Notes under the pieces: model-generated
What the model was told of the DNA's origin: nothing
Databases searched by the model: none
What the model saw: only the letters and a program-made list of their open reading frames with translations
Translations under genes and position numbers: made by a program
Part shown: one piece after another, positions 10,248 through 20,290 of the stretch
How positions within the stretch are numbered: position 1 is the stretch's first letter
Layout: each line of letters starts with the position of its first letter
NCBI GenBank assembly: GCA_963794325.1
Contig: CAWCDG010000003.1
Location: forward strand, 160,001-224,000
DNA: 64,000 nt
Source: an uncultured delta proteobacterium
GTDB lineage: Bacteria > Desulfobacterota > Binatia > Binatales > Binataceae
Reading direction: 5' to 3'

Positions 10248-11300
10248 ATGCCCGAAACCAATGTTGCGCGCGGTGTTGCCGAGCCCGCTCCGCGCGTCGA
10301 GTACGAGCTTCAGCTCTATTACTGGATGAAGTTGATTCGCGCGTTCGAGGAGCGCGTGTCGCGATTGCATCGTCAGAACAAAATCCTCGGCGGGGTTTAC
10401 TCCGGCGCCGGCCAGGAGGCGATCGTCACCGGTATCTGCGCACCGCTGCACGACGGCGACTTCACCGCGCCGATCCATCGCGATATGGGCGTGTTCATCA
10501 TGCGCGGCGTCGATCCGGGGCGCCTGATGGCGCAGTTGATGGGCAAGGAAACCGGGCTCTCGCGCGGGAAAGATTCGTTTCTGCACGGTGGCGATTTGGA
10601 ACACGGCGTTTTCGGATCGACCTCGATGCTTGGATCGTCGCTGCCGGTCGCGGTCGGCGCGGCGCTCAAATTCAAAATGAAAAAGAACCCGAACGTCGCG
10701 GTCGCTTTCTTCGGCGAGGGCGCGGCGTCGCGCGGGGACGTTCACGAGGCGATGAACTTCGCGGGCGTTCACAAGCTGCCGGTGGTCTTCGTGTGCGAGA
10801 ACAATCGCTACGCGTATTCGACGCCGCTCGAAAAGCAGATGGCGATCGAGGACGTCGCGGACCGTGCGCAGGCCTACGGCTTCAAGGGTCACGTGTGCTC
10901 GGGCAACGATCTGCTCGCGGTGCTCGAGCTGAGCGAGCGGATGATCGCAAAGACCCGCGCGGGTGAAGGACCGGTGCTGATCGAATGCAAGACCTATCGC
11001 TACCGGGGGCATAGCGAGCACGACGCGGCGCTATACCGAGACAAGGAAGAGCTGATCGAATGGCAGAGCCGCGATCCGATTCCGCGCTTCGAGTACTACC
11101 TCGAAAAGAAAGGGCACGAGATCAAGAGCATCCGCGAACAGATCGACGAGCGGGTGAACAAGACGGTGCAGGCGGCGGTGGATTTTGCCGAAAGCAGCCA
11201 GCTGCCAGAACCTCAAGAAGCACTTGAAGATCTCTACGCGCCGCCGGGCGCTTCGAATTCTCCAAATTCGCCCAACTCCTCCTCCAACGGAAATCGCTGA
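10248..11300 (+). CDS. 2-oxoacid dehydrogenase E1 alpha (TPP-dependent)
   Basis: GQEA, FFGEGAASRGDVHEAMNFA...ENNRYA, TYRYRGHSEHD. Confidence 0.92.
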   Translation: MPETNVARGVAEPAPRVEYELQLYYWMKLIRAFEERVSRLHRQNKILGGVYSGAGQEAIVTGICAPLHDGDFTAPIHRDMGVFIMRGVDPGRLMAQLMGKETGLSRGKDSFLHGGDLEHGVFGSTSMLGSSLPVAVGAALKFKMKKNPNVAVAFFGEGAASRGDVHEAMNFAGVHKLPVVFVCENNRYAYSTPLEKQMAIEDVADRAQAYGFKGHVCSGNDLLAVLELSERMIAKTRAGEGPVLIECKTYRYRGHSEHDAALYRDKEELIEWQSRDPIPRFEYYLEKKGHEIKSIREQIDERVNKTVQAAVDFAESSQLPEPQEALEDLYAPPGASNSPNSPNSSSNGNR

Positions 11301-11303
11301 GTC

Positions 11304-12284
11304 ATGGAAGCTACCTACATCAAGGCGATCAACGCGGCGCTGCACGAGGAGATGCGCCGCGACGAAAACGTTTTCGTGATGGGCGAGGACGTCGCGGAGT
11401 TGGGCGGCGCATTCAAGGCGACTGAAGGACTGCTCGACGCGTTCGGCGAGGAACGCGTCATCGACACGCCAATCTCGGAGGCGTTGATCATCGGCGCGGG
11501 AGTTGGCGCGGCGGTGCTCGGGATGCGTCCGGTGGTCGAGATGCAGTTCGCGGATTTTATCTCGTGCGGCTTCGATCAGATCGTCAACACTGCCGCGACG
11601 TTGCGCTACCGTCACGGCGGCAAGGCTGCGTGCCCGCTGGTGATTCGCGCACCGTCGGGCGCGGGCGTTCATGGCGCGTTGTTCCATTCGCAAAATCCCG
11701 AGGCGTGGTTCACGCGGGTGCCGGGGCTCAAGGTTGTAGCGCCGGCGACGCCCTACGATGCGAAAGGACTTTTGAAGAGCGCGATTCGCGACGGCAATCC
11801 GATCGTGTACTTCGAGCACAAGCGACTCTATCGCAGTATCAAGGAGGATCTGCCCGAGGGCGATTTCACAGTGCCAATTGGAGTCGCTGAAATACGCAAG
11901 GAAGGCAGCGACCTCTCGATAATCACGTATGGCGGCACACTCGGGCAGTCGATCGACGCGGCGCGAATCGTCGAGAAGGAAGACGGTCTCTCGGTCGAGG
12001 TGCTCGACTTGCGCACGCTGTTGCCGCTGGATCGCGAAGCGATACTCGCGACTGCGCGCAAGACCGGCAAGATTCTCGTCGTGCACGAGGATCGACTGAC
12101 CGGCGGTATCGGCGGCGAGGTCTCGGCGATCATCATGGAGAACGCCTTCGAGTATCTCGACGGGCCGGTGCGCCGGGTCGCGGCTGCGGATGCGCCCGTC
12201 GCGTTCAGTCCGCCGCTCGAAGATTTCATTTTGCCCAACACCAACAAAATCGTGGAAGCGATTCGCAGCCTGGCGGCGTATTGA
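11304..12284 (+). CDS. 2-oxoacid dehydrogenase E1 beta
   Basis: VMGEDV, DTPISE, EMQFADF, HSQNPE, DLRTLLPLD. Confidence 0.93.
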   Translation: MEATYIKAINAALHEEMRRDENVFVMGEDVAELGGAFKATEGLLDAFGEERVIDTPISEALIIGAGVGAAVLGMRPVVEMQFADFISCGFDQIVNTAATLRYRHGGKAACPLVIRAPSGAGVHGALFHSQNPEAWFTRVPGLKVVAPATPYDAKGLLKSAIRDGNPIVYFEHKRLYRSIKEDLPEGDFTVPIGVAEIRKEGSDLSIITYGGTLGQSIDAARIVEKEDGLSVEVLDLRTLLPLDREAILATARKTGKILVVHEDRLTGGIGGEVSAIIMENAFEYLDGPVRRVAAADAPVAFSPPLEDFILPNTNKIVEAIRSLAAY

Positions 12285-12285
12285 A

Positions 12286-13671
12286 ATGGCGATCGAAGTA
12301 ACGATGCCGCAGATGGGCGAGAGTGTCGTCGAGGGCACGATCGCGAAGTGGCTGGTCAAGGAAGGCGACATCGTCACCGAGGATCAGCCGCTGGTTGAGA
12401 TTTCAACCGACAAGGTGGACACCGAGATTCCGTCGCCGGGCGCGGGACGAATCGCGAAGATCGTCGCGGAAGAAGGGCAGACGTTGCCGGTCGGCGCGAA
12501 GCTCGCGGTGATCGAGCCGGCGGGCGCTGAAGCGTCGGCGAAACTGAAAGTCGTCGCGCCGAAAGCCGCGCCGAAGCCGGAACCCGCTCCAGTACAAGCG
12601 AAGCCCGCGCCCTCGCCACAGCCCGCACCGCCCCCTCAACCGATGCAGTCGGCGAGTGGCGGCGTTCATGAAATTGAATCCGAGACCGGCGGTCCGCGAC
12701 GATTTTCGCCGGTCGTGCTGAAGATCGCGGCGGAAGAGGGAATCGACTTGAGTCGCGTTCCTGGCACCGGAATCGGCGGGCGCGTCAGCAAGCGCGATCT
12801 GCAGCGCTACCTCGATTCGTTGCGCAAGAGCGGAGTCGGCGCTACCGCGCAGCCGCAAACCAATGGCGCCGCGCAGACAAGTTCGCGTCCGGCGACGGCT
12901 ACCTCCGCGTCGCCGCAACCGCCGATGCAATCGGGGCCGGGGTTTAAGCCGCCCGTCTATCAGCCGATCGAGGGCGACGTCGTCGAGCCGTTCACTCGAC
13001 GGCGCAAATTGATCGCCGAGCATATGGTCTATTCGAAGACGCATTCGCCGCATGTTGGCACCGTTGCGGAAGTCGATGTTACGAATGCGATGCGTCTGCG
13101 CGAAAAGCATAAAACTGAGTTCGCGCGGCGCGAGGGATTCAATCTCACGTTCCTGCCGCTCGCGGCAGCGGCAACGGTTCGCGCGCTAAAGGAATTTCCG
13201 CGGATGAACGCGTCGGTGGCCGGCGACTCCGTAGCGATCCGCCGCGAGATAAATCTCGGCATCGCGATGGACACCGACGAAGGTCTGCTGGTCCCTGTAA
13301 TCAAGGCGGCGGAAGGAATGTCGGTGGTCGGGATTGCGCGTGCGATCGAAACTCTGCGGCGCAAGGTCGCCGAGAAGAAAATCACGGCTGATGATCTCAC
13401 CGGCGGCAGCTTCACGCTGTCGAATCCCGGGCGCGAGGGCAATTTGTACGGCTTCGCGATCATCAATCAGCCGCAAGTCGGCATCCTGCGGATGGGCGAA
13501 GTGAAGAAGCGGCCGGTGGTCGTCGAAGTTGACGGCGCCGACGCGATCGCAATCCGCACCATGATGTACCTGGCGCTGTCGTACGACCATCGCGTGGTGG
13601 ACGGCGTGCTGGGCAACAGCTTTCTCTATCGCACCGCTCGCATCCTCGAAGAAGCCGACTTCGAACTCTGA
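12286..13671 (+). CDS. Dihydrolipoamide acyltransferase E2
   Basis: Lipoyl domain EISTDKVDTEIPSP, subunit-binding GTGIGGRVSKRD, catalytic SYDHRVVDG. Confidence 0.92.
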   Translation: MAIEVTMPQMGESVVEGTIAKWLVKEGDIVTEDQPLVEISTDKVDTEIPSPGAGRIAKIVAEEGQTLPVGAKLAVIEPAGAEASAKLKVVAPKAAPKPEPAPVQAKPAPSPQPAPPPQPMQSASGGVHEIESETGGPRRFSPVVLKIAAEEGIDLSRVPGTGIGGRVSKRDLQRYLDSLRKSGVGATAQPQTNGAAQTSSRPATATSASPQPPMQSGPGFKPPVYQPIEGDVVEPFTRRRKLIAEHMVYSKTHSPHVGTVAEVDVTNAMRLREKHKTEFARREGFNLTFLPLAAAATVRALKEFPRMNASVAGDSVAIRREINLGIAMDTDEGLLVPVIKAAEGMSVVGIARAIETLRRKVAEKKITADDLTGGSFTLSNPGREGNLYGFAIINQPQVGILRMGEVKKRPVVVEVDGADAIAIRTMMYLALSYDHRVVDGVLGNSFLYRTARILEEADFEL

Positions 13672-13685
13672 TTCGTTTTCTGTTC

Positions 13686-13795
13686 CGTCATCCTGAGCGC
13701 AGCGAAGGATCTCGCGCGTAGCGCGTACTGCAGACGCCGGGCGCAGGAGCGTCCGTCGAGATTCTTCGCTGCGGCAGCCTCCGCTCAGAATGACG
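13686..13795. repeat. REP/MITE-like palindromic intergenic element
   Basis: Arms cgtcatcctgagcgcagcgaaggatctcg and cgagattcttcgctgcg(gcagcctcc)gctcagaatgacg, between convergent genes. Confidence 0.75.
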
Positions 13796-13823
13796 AAGTG
13801 GTTCGGTCCCTACGACGAACCGC

Positions 13824-14477
13824 CTACGCTGGGTGCGATCCTTGATGCGTGCGTAACTGTTGCAGCATGTTGGCGATCTGACTGCTTAGGTCGCCGATTG
13901 TGCGGCTGAGCGCAGCAGCGGCCTCGGTGTTGTCGCCGGGTTTCGAGGGCTGGGTCAGGTTCGACTCTACCGTGTACAAAACATTCTTTCCCGTCGAGTC
14001 GAGGATTGTCCATTTTGCCGACAGCGTCGCCGTGCCTTGGGCGTCGGTCTCGAAGCGGAAGACGTCGATTTGCACCTGCATGTCGATGTGCACGGTGTTG
14101 TACCAGGGGAACACGATCACTGCGGCGCCGGATTGGGCGGCGAGGTCGCGCTCCATTGCTCGCGTGAAACCGTTCTGGATCGATTCGCCCCATCGATCTT
14201 CTTTCGACAGCTCGAGACGGTTAGGCGCTGCGCGCGTTACCAGTTCAGGCCGATCAAGGTATGGAGGCAGTTTGATCGGTCCCAAGCCGAGTGTGAAATT
14301 ACCGCTCGTAGTCTGCGCGGTTGCTGGCGCCGCGGTGTCGGCGGTGGGCGTCAGGAGATAGAACTTCGAGATGTCTTTCTGCGGGGCGAGAATCGCCTTC
14401 GCCATGTACGAGCATCCCGTCATCGACGCCGCAATCGCGCCCGCGAGGAAAATTCTAAAAACTCTGGTCAAGGTCAT
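13824..14477 (-). CDS. PqiC-like ABC auxiliary lipoprotein
   Basis: Lipobox MTGC; LGPIKLPPYLDRPELV, DRWGESI. Confidence 0.85.
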   Translation of the reverse strand: MTLTRVFRIFLAGAIAASMTGCSYMAKAILAPQKDISKFYLLTPTADTAAPATAQTTSGNFTLGLGPIKLPPYLDRPELVTRAAPNRLELSKEDRWGESIQNGFTRAMERDLAAQSGAAVIVFPWYNTVHIDMQVQIDVFRFETDAQGTATLSAKWTILDSTGKNVLYTVESNLTQPSKPGDNTEAAAALSRTIGDLSSQIANMLQQLRTHQGSHPA

Positions 14478-14480
14478 CGC

Positions 14481-15458
14481 TTAGTCCTGGCTGAAGTCGC
14501 GGCCGCGGACGATCGCGCTCGGGTTGCGTTGGAGATAATCGGCCAGCTCCTTGATCGAATGGGCGGCGGCGGAGACGTCCTGCAGGGTCTGTACCGCCTG
14601 GTAGTTTATCGGAGAGTTCGGCTCGATCGTGGTCTGCACCGTGCCGAGCGTCAGGGTCGCCTGCTTCGCCGCGGCGTCGGCCGATAGCGAAGTTTTCTGC
14701 AACGAGCTCGACAGCGGAGGCACCTGCCGGTTCACGGTGCTGAGCGTTTCCTGCGCGCCGGCGAGCGTATGGTCCAGTTGCTCACGCGTTTTTTCGGAAT
14801 TGTTCACCGCTTCCTTGAGTCCCGGCGACGAGGTGATTTGCCTGATCGCATCCAGCGTACTCGTCGCCTGATTGAACACGGCGGCGAAGTCCACCTTGTC
14901 GAGACGTTCGAAAATTCGCACAGCAACGGCCTGCGCCTGTTCCAGCGTATTCGGAACTGCCGGAATTTCCTGGAGTGGAGAGCCGGGCGGCGCGACCATT
15001 TGAATCGGCGTGTTCGGCTGAATGTCCAGCGCCACGTACATCAGGCCGGTGACGAAGCTGTCGGAGCCGAGCTGCGCGCGCATCCCCTCGCGGATCAGGT
15101 TGGGAACGGTGTGCGGGTCGTCGAGGTCAATTGAGGTGCCGCCGTGAGAGACGATCTTGTCTTCGTCCAGCTCGATGATCACGGGGATGCGGACGTCGGC
15201 GCGGAGCTGGCCGTTCTGGAAGTTTACCTGCTGCTCGAGGCGCAGCTTGATGCGTTTGACCTGGCCTATCTCGACGCCCTTGAACTTGACCGGGGCGCCG
15301 ACCCTGAGGCCGTTGATATCGCCGGCGAAGTAGATGACGAACTCGTGCGTCTTGCGGAACAGGTTGCCCGATCCGAAGATCACGACTGCGGCCAATATCA
15401 GGCCCACCCCGCCGAGAACGAACGCGCCTACGGTTGCCGGATTGATTCGCTTACCCAT
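14481..15458 (-). CDS. MCE/MlaD-family protein
   Basis: ATVGAFVLGG TM segment; INGLRVGAPVKFKGVEIGQV; C-terminal LADYLQRNPSAIVRG. Confidence 0.9.
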   Translation of the reverse strand: MGKRINPATVGAFVLGGVGLILAAVVIFGSGNLFRKTHEFVIYFAGDINGLRVGAPVKFKGVEIGQVKRIKLRLEQQVNFQNGQLRADVRIPVIIELDEDKIVSHGGTSIDLDDPHTVPNLIREGMRAQLGSDSFVTGLMYVALDIQPNTPIQMVAPPGSPLQEIPAVPNTLEQAQAVAVRIFERLDKVDFAAVFNQATSTLDAIRQITSSPGLKEAVNNSEKTREQLDHTLAGAQETLSTVNRQVPPLSSSLQKTSLSADAAAKQATLTLGTVQTTIEPNSPINYQAVQTLQDVSAAAHSIKELADYLQRNPSAIVRGRDFSQD

Positions 15459-16305
15459 GATCCCTCGCTGATGTTTCCGTTTTGCCTTCTTCTGCTCCGC
15501 GGGTGAGGAAAGTTTGCACACGGTGATCTTTGCAATTCTTGAGCAGATCTTTCGGGTCGCCGTGCGCGATCATCGTTCTGCTCTCCGCGTCGAGAAAAAC
15601 GCTGTTGTTGCCGATTGCAAAAATACTGGCCAGCTCGTGAGTGACGACGACCACGGTGGCGCCCAGGTTGTCGCGCAGCTCGAGGATCAAGTCGTCGAGC
15701 AGGCGCGAACTTATCGGATCGAGGCCGGCCGACGGCTCGTCGAAGAAAAGAATTTCCGGATCGAGCGCAATCGCGCGCGCGAGTCCCGCCCGCTTTTGCA
15801 TCCCGCCGCTGATTTGGCTCGGATAGTAACCCTCGAAGCCCTTCAGCCCGACCAGCGCGAGCTTCAACGCGGCGACCTCGCGAATTTCCGATTGCGACAG
15901 ATCGGTAAATTCGCCGAGCGGCAGTCCGACGTTTTCCGCCAGGGTCATCGAGCTCCACAGCGCACCGCTCTGGTACAGAACGCCGAAGTGCCGCAGCATC
16001 TCTTCGCGCTCTTCCGGCTCGCCCTTGGTGAAATTGAAGTCGCCGTACCAGACCTCGCCCTTGGCAGGCTCGATGAGTCCCAGCATGTGGCGGAGCAGGG
16101 TGCTTTTGCCGCTGCCGCTGCCGCCCATGATGATGAAGATATCGCCATGATTGACGGTGAAGTTTATATCTTTCATCAGCACGAAATCGCCGTACGCCAT
16201 CGTAAGATTCTTCACCGTGATCGGCGGCGGTCCGTCCTTCGGAAACTTTATCTTGGAAACCGGCTTCCCGTCGGAGGCCGTTATCGATGGATGCGTCGTG
16301 CTCAT
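15451..16305 (-). CDS. MlaF-like ABC ATPase
   Basis: GGSGSGKS, ISGGMQKRAGLARA, FFDEPSAGLDP, VVTHE. Confidence 0.92.
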   Translation of the reverse strand: MSTTHPSITASDGKPVSKIKFPKDGPPPITVKNLTMAYGDFVLMKDINFTVNHGDIFIIMGGSGSGKSTLLRHMLGLIEPAKGEVWYGDFNFTKGEPEEREEMLRHFGVLYQSGALWSSMTLAENVGLPLGEFTDLSQSEIREVAALKLALVGLKGFEGYYPSQISGGMQKRAGLARAIALDPEILFFDEPSAGLDPISSRLLDDLILELRDNLGATVVVVTHELASIFAIGNNSVFLDAESRTMIAHGDPKDLLKNCKDHRVQTFLTRGAEEGKTETSARDHG

Positions 16306-17582
16306 TTCAGCGCGTCGCGCTCAGTCTCGCGACCGGAGCCCTGGCTAATTTGATCGGCGAGATACTGAAAGACTTCGCGCCACTGTCGCGGGTCGATTCC
16401 ATCGTCGTCGGCCGTCCGTATGATCACGACTTTCGTCCTTGGCGAGACGAAGATGAACTGGCCGTAGGTGCCGATGCCTATAAAGCTGTAGTCGCTCGGT
16501 CCCTGCGAAATACCCCACCAGAAGTATTTGTAGTAACCACCCTTGTCTTGCCATCGAGAGAAGGTTTCCCAGGGCCGATGGTCATTCGGATCGGGGCCAG
16601 TCGATTCGTGGACCCAATTGGCGGGGACGACCTGCCTGCCGTCCCAGTTGCCGCCGTTCAGATAGAGCCTGCCGAACTTGGCGAGGTCGATCGCTCGCGC
16701 GTTGAGCAGTATGGGCGTCAGCTCGAAGTCATCGGCGTGGCTGTCGATGCTCCAGGTGGCCGGATACTCCATGCCGATGGGCTGCCAGATTTTTTCCTGC
16801 AAGTATTGGCTGGGCTGCCGATGCGTGGTTCGTTCCAGGATCATGCCGATCAGTTCGGCGTTGAAATTGTTGTAGTGAAACGATTGACCCGGCGGCTCCA
16901 TGATCTTCAGATCCGACAACAGCAATTGCCGGATATCGGGGTAATAGCCGGCCAGCACGAATTCGTCCCATGGGAAGAAGTTGATACGGTACTGAATGCC
17001 CGAGCCCATCGTCAGAAGATTCCTGACCGTAATCGCGCCGAAGCCCTGCGCCTTCAACTCCGGCAGGTAGTCTACGATCGGATCGTCGAGGCTTTTGATA
17101 TAGCCCTCGGCGATCGCGATACCGACCAGCGCCGAGGTGACGGATTTCGACAGCGACCATGCCGTGCACAGAGAGTCGCGCGAGAAACCGTTGAAATAAT
17201 CCTCGGCGAGCAGCTGGTTGTCCCTGACGACAATGAACGCATGAGTGCGCGTCGTGCGAAGCAGGTCGAGCAACGCGACCCGCTTCACGACATCGCCGTC
17301 GGCATACTCCACCGTAGTGGGAATCCGATCGTTGCCGCCCGGCGCGAAATGAAACGCGGCCGGCGACTTGTTGATGGTATGATATCCGTAACTCAGGTAA
17401 TCGTCGGAACGAGGCGAGACGACACGTTGCGCACCCCACACGAAATAGCGGTAGAGATAAGCCGGTTGAGTCCATGCCGCGGCGCTCGCGGGCAAATCGA
17501 GCAGGACGACAGCCGCTATGCTGACCAACAGCGTCACGAGCCGCGTTGCGATCCGGGGTTTGTGAATTACCGGGATAGGCAC
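16302..17582 (-). CDS. Secreted serine hydrolase (class C beta-lactamase/NylB-like fold)
   Basis: Signal-like N-terminus, SxxK (SLSK), LLTMGSG, YxN (YNN), DLAKFGRLYL. Confidence 0.85.
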   Translation of the reverse strand: MPIPVIHKPRIATRLVTLLVSIAAVVLLDLPASAAAWTQPAYLYRYFVWGAQRVVSPRSDDYLSYGYHTINKSPAAFHFAPGGNDRIPTTVEYADGDVVKRVALLDLLRTTRTHAFIVVRDNQLLAEDYFNGFSRDSLCTAWSLSKSVTSALVGIAIAEGYIKSLDDPIVDYLPELKAQGFGAITVRNLLTMGSGIQYRINFFPWDEFVLAGYYPDIRQLLLSDLKIMEPPGQSFHYNNFNAELIGMILERTTHRQPSQYLQEKIWQPIGMEYPATWSIDSHADDFELTPILLNARAIDLAKFGRLYLNGGNWDGRQVVPANWVHESTGPDPNDHRPWETFSRWQDKGGYYKYFWWGISQGPSDYSFIGIGTYGQFIFVSPRTKVVIIRTADDDGIDPRQWREVFQYLADQISQGSGRETERDALK

Positions 17583-18734
17583 TTAGATTCCCAGCACGTT
17601 GAAGACGAAGGCGAAGATCCCGCACGCCACGATTACGTACACGATTCCGGTGACCACTGCCTCAGTCGCCGCATCGCCGACTGCCGACGAGCTGTTGCCG
17701 CACTGGAAGCCGCGCAAGCATCCGGCGACTGCGATGATAATTCCGTAAACGGCAGCCTTGAAGACGCCGCCCATGATATCGCCGAGCGTGATCGCCGCCT
17801 TGGTTTCGCGAAGATAGGTGCCGAACGGAATGTGCAGCATCGTCGCACTGACGAACGCGCCGCCCGCGACGCCCAGGCAATCGGCGTAAACGCATAGCAG
17901 CGGGATCATCAGGAACAGGGCGAGGACGCGCGGCAACACCAGGAATTCGAGGGGCGAGATGCCCATCGTGGTCAGCGCGTCGATCTCCTGCGTCACCTTC
18001 ATCGAGCCGAGCTGCGCGGCAAACGCGGCGCCGGTGCGGCCCGCCATGATGATCGCGGTCATCATCGCTCCCATGTCGCGGCTCATCGCGATGCCGACCA
18101 GGTCGGCGACGTAAATTGTCGCGCCGAATTGCTGCAACTGCACTGCGCCCATGAACGCCAGAATCACGCCGACCAGGAAGGTGACCAGGGTGACGATGCC
18201 GAACGCGTTGGCGCCGCAATCCTGGATAATGATCATCAGGTCGACTCGGCGAAAACGCGCCTTGCCGACGGTCAGCCTGGCGAATGAGATCGCGACTTCG
18301 CCGAGGAAGCGCAGGAATTCGTCGAGTCCTTGCGCATACGAGAGCGCCTCGTGGCCAACCTCCGCGAGAAACGACGAATGCGACGCTTCATGCCGCGCTC
18401 CGGTTTTCTCCGGCACCGCCTCGGCCAGTGAGATAAGGCCGCGCACGCCCTCGGGAAGCGGGCTCCATTCAGCGGGCAACTTGCGCTTCTGGCAGATCTC
18501 GCTGACGCCCATCAGGAACGTGAGCAATCCGCTGTCCCAGTCGCCAAGATCGGCGGCGTCGAAGGTCAGCCTGGTTGGCTTCGGCGCGGTGTCGAGTTGT
18601 TTTTCTACTAAGGCCGCAGACGGCAGTCCGCGACGAAGATGCCAATCGCCGGCGAGGCGGAGGACCAGCGTCGAGTTATCGGCGCGTGCAAACGAAAGTT
18701 CGCCCGATTGTTGGGATTGTTTGTGCGCCTCCAT
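17583..18734 (-). CDS. MlaE-family permease with N-terminal STAS-like domain
   Basis: DWDSGLL; AGRTGAAFAAQLGSMKVTQEIDALTTMGISPLEFLVLPR. Confidence 0.9.
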   Translation of the reverse strand: MEAHKQSQQSGELSFARADNSTLVLRLAGDWHLRRGLPSAALVEKQLDTAPKPTRLTFDAADLGDWDSGLLTFLMGVSEICQKRKLPAEWSPLPEGVRGLISLAEAVPEKTGARHEASHSSFLAEVGHEALSYAQGLDEFLRFLGEVAISFARLTVGKARFRRVDLMIIIQDCGANAFGIVTLVTFLVGVILAFMGAVQLQQFGATIYVADLVGIAMSRDMGAMMTAIIMAGRTGAAFAAQLGSMKVTQEIDALTTMGISPLEFLVLPRVLALFLMIPLLCVYADCLGVAGGAFVSATMLHIPFGTYLRETKAAITLGDIMGGVFKAAVYGIIIAVAGCLRGFQCGNSSSAVGDAATEAVVTGIVYVIVACGIFAFVFNVLGI

Positions 18735-18845
18735 CGATGCGGCTCAATAGCACGCCGCTAAAAGGTAGCACAATTCGCCGCTTTTCGATGAGTTAACAGG
18801 CCGTTTGGCAAGCCAATGACGGGCGCATGGAATACAATATTTCCA

Positions 18846-19847
18846 ATGAAGGCGATGGTGGTCGAAAAGCCGGCACCGATCGAATCGGATCCGCTCCACG
18901 CGGTCGAGGCGCGCGTTCCCGAACCCGGTCCCGGCGAAATTCTGGTCCGCGTGAAGACCTGCGGAGTTTGCCGCACCGACCTTCACGTCGCCGAGGGTGA
19001 CCTGCCGCCGCGTCATCCGCGAATAATTCCCGGTCATGAAATTGTAGGCGTCGTGGACAAGCGCGGTGTCGGCGCGGCTCGATTCAAGCAGGGTGATCGC
19101 GTCGGTATCGCATGGCTGCGCGAGACCTGTGGCGTCTGTGTCTATTGCCGTCGCGGCCGCGAGAACCTATGCCCGAACGCGCGCTTCACTGGCTACGATC
19201 ACGACGGCGGCTACTGCGAATACGCTGTCGTGCGGGAGGACTTCGCGTATGCGCTCCCCGACTCGCTCGGCGATGAGGAAGCGGCGCCGCTGCTGTGCGC
19301 CGGAATAATTGGATACCGCGCAATCAAGCGCGCCGACATCAAGCCCGGCGCGACGGTTGGCCTCTACGGCTTCGGCGGCTCGGCGCATCTTGCGATCCAA
19401 GTGCTGCGGCATTGGGGATGCCGGGTGTTCGTGATGAGCCGCGGCGGAGCGCATCGCGATTTGGCGAAGGATCTCGGCGCCGAATGGATCGGCAATGCGG
19501 AAGATACGCCGCCCGCGCCGCTCGACGCGGCAATCCTGTTCGCGCCCGCAGGAAATCTCGTGCTGCCGGCGATGCAAGCGCTCGATCGCGGTGGTATCCT
19601 CGCCGTCGCGGGAATCTACCTAAGTCCGATTCCCACTCTCGATTACGAAAAACATCTGTTCTATGAAAAAGAGCTTCGCAGCGTGACCGCCAACACCCGC
19701 GCCGACGGCGAAGAGTTTCTGAAACTCGCAGCCGAGATTCCCGTTCGCATCAGCACAATGGCCTTCGGCCTCGCCGAAGCAAACGTCGCGCTCAAGATGC
19801 TGAAGCACGACGAAATCAAGGGAGCAGGGGTGCTCAGGATCTCGTAG
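18846..19847 (+). CDS. Zinc-dependent alcohol dehydrogenase
   Basis: CGVCRTDLH, GHEIVG, CGVCVYC...C, APLLCAGIIGYR, GFGGSA. Confidence 0.93.
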   Translation: MKAMVVEKPAPIESDPLHAVEARVPEPGPGEILVRVKTCGVCRTDLHVAEGDLPPRHPRIIPGHEIVGVVDKRGVGAARFKQGDRVGIAWLRETCGVCVYCRRGRENLCPNARFTGYDHDGGYCEYAVVREDFAYALPDSLGDEEAAPLLCAGIIGYRAIKRADIKPGATVGLYGFGGSAHLAIQVLRHWGCRVFVMSRGGAHRDLAKDLGAEWIGNAEDTPPAPLDAAILFAPAGNLVLPAMQALDRGGILAVAGIYLSPIPTLDYEKHLFYEKELRSVTANTRADGEEFLKLAAEIPVRISTMAFGLAEANVALKMLKHDEIKGAGVLRIS

Positions 19848-19887
19848 TCGCGTTGACTACGCCGAGGCCGGGATGCATCCTCAAGGC

Positions 19888-20283
19888 ATGAGCGTTTTCG
19901 TAAGCTACTCATCGACCGATCAAAAGTGGGCGAAAGAGCTGATTTCGCACCTCGAAGAGGAAGGACTCAAGATTCGGGACCCTCGGTCGGAGTTCTTCCC
20001 GGGTGACAATTGGTCGCTTGAGATCGGAAAAGCGCTGGAATCCTCTAATGCGCTCGTTCTGCTGGTCTCACCTTCAGCGATAAAATCTGAGTCTTTTCGC
20101 CGCGAGACTGAGTACGCCCTTGGCTCAAAAAGATTCCGCGATCGCCTTATTCCCGTGATCGTGAAAGACACGCCCAAGTTGCCTTGGATTCTTCGGCACC
20201 TTAATCCTGAAAAAGGAGATCCGTCCAGGGTGAGCAAGCGAATTCTCAAGAGACTAACGGCGGCAGAATCATCAGCAAACTGA
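19888..20283 (+). CDS. Stand-alone TIR-domain protein 1
   Basis: VFVSYSSTD, PGDNWSLEIGKAL, LLVSPSAIKSESFRRE (putative catalytic Glu), LIPVIV. Confidence 0.85.
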   Translation: MSVFVSYSSTDQKWAKELISHLEEEGLKIRDPRSEFFPGDNWSLEIGKALESSNALVLLVSPSAIKSESFRRETEYALGSKRFRDRLIPVIVKDTPKLPWILRHLNPEKGDPSRVSKRILKRLTAAESSAN

Positions 20284-20290
20284 CGATCTG

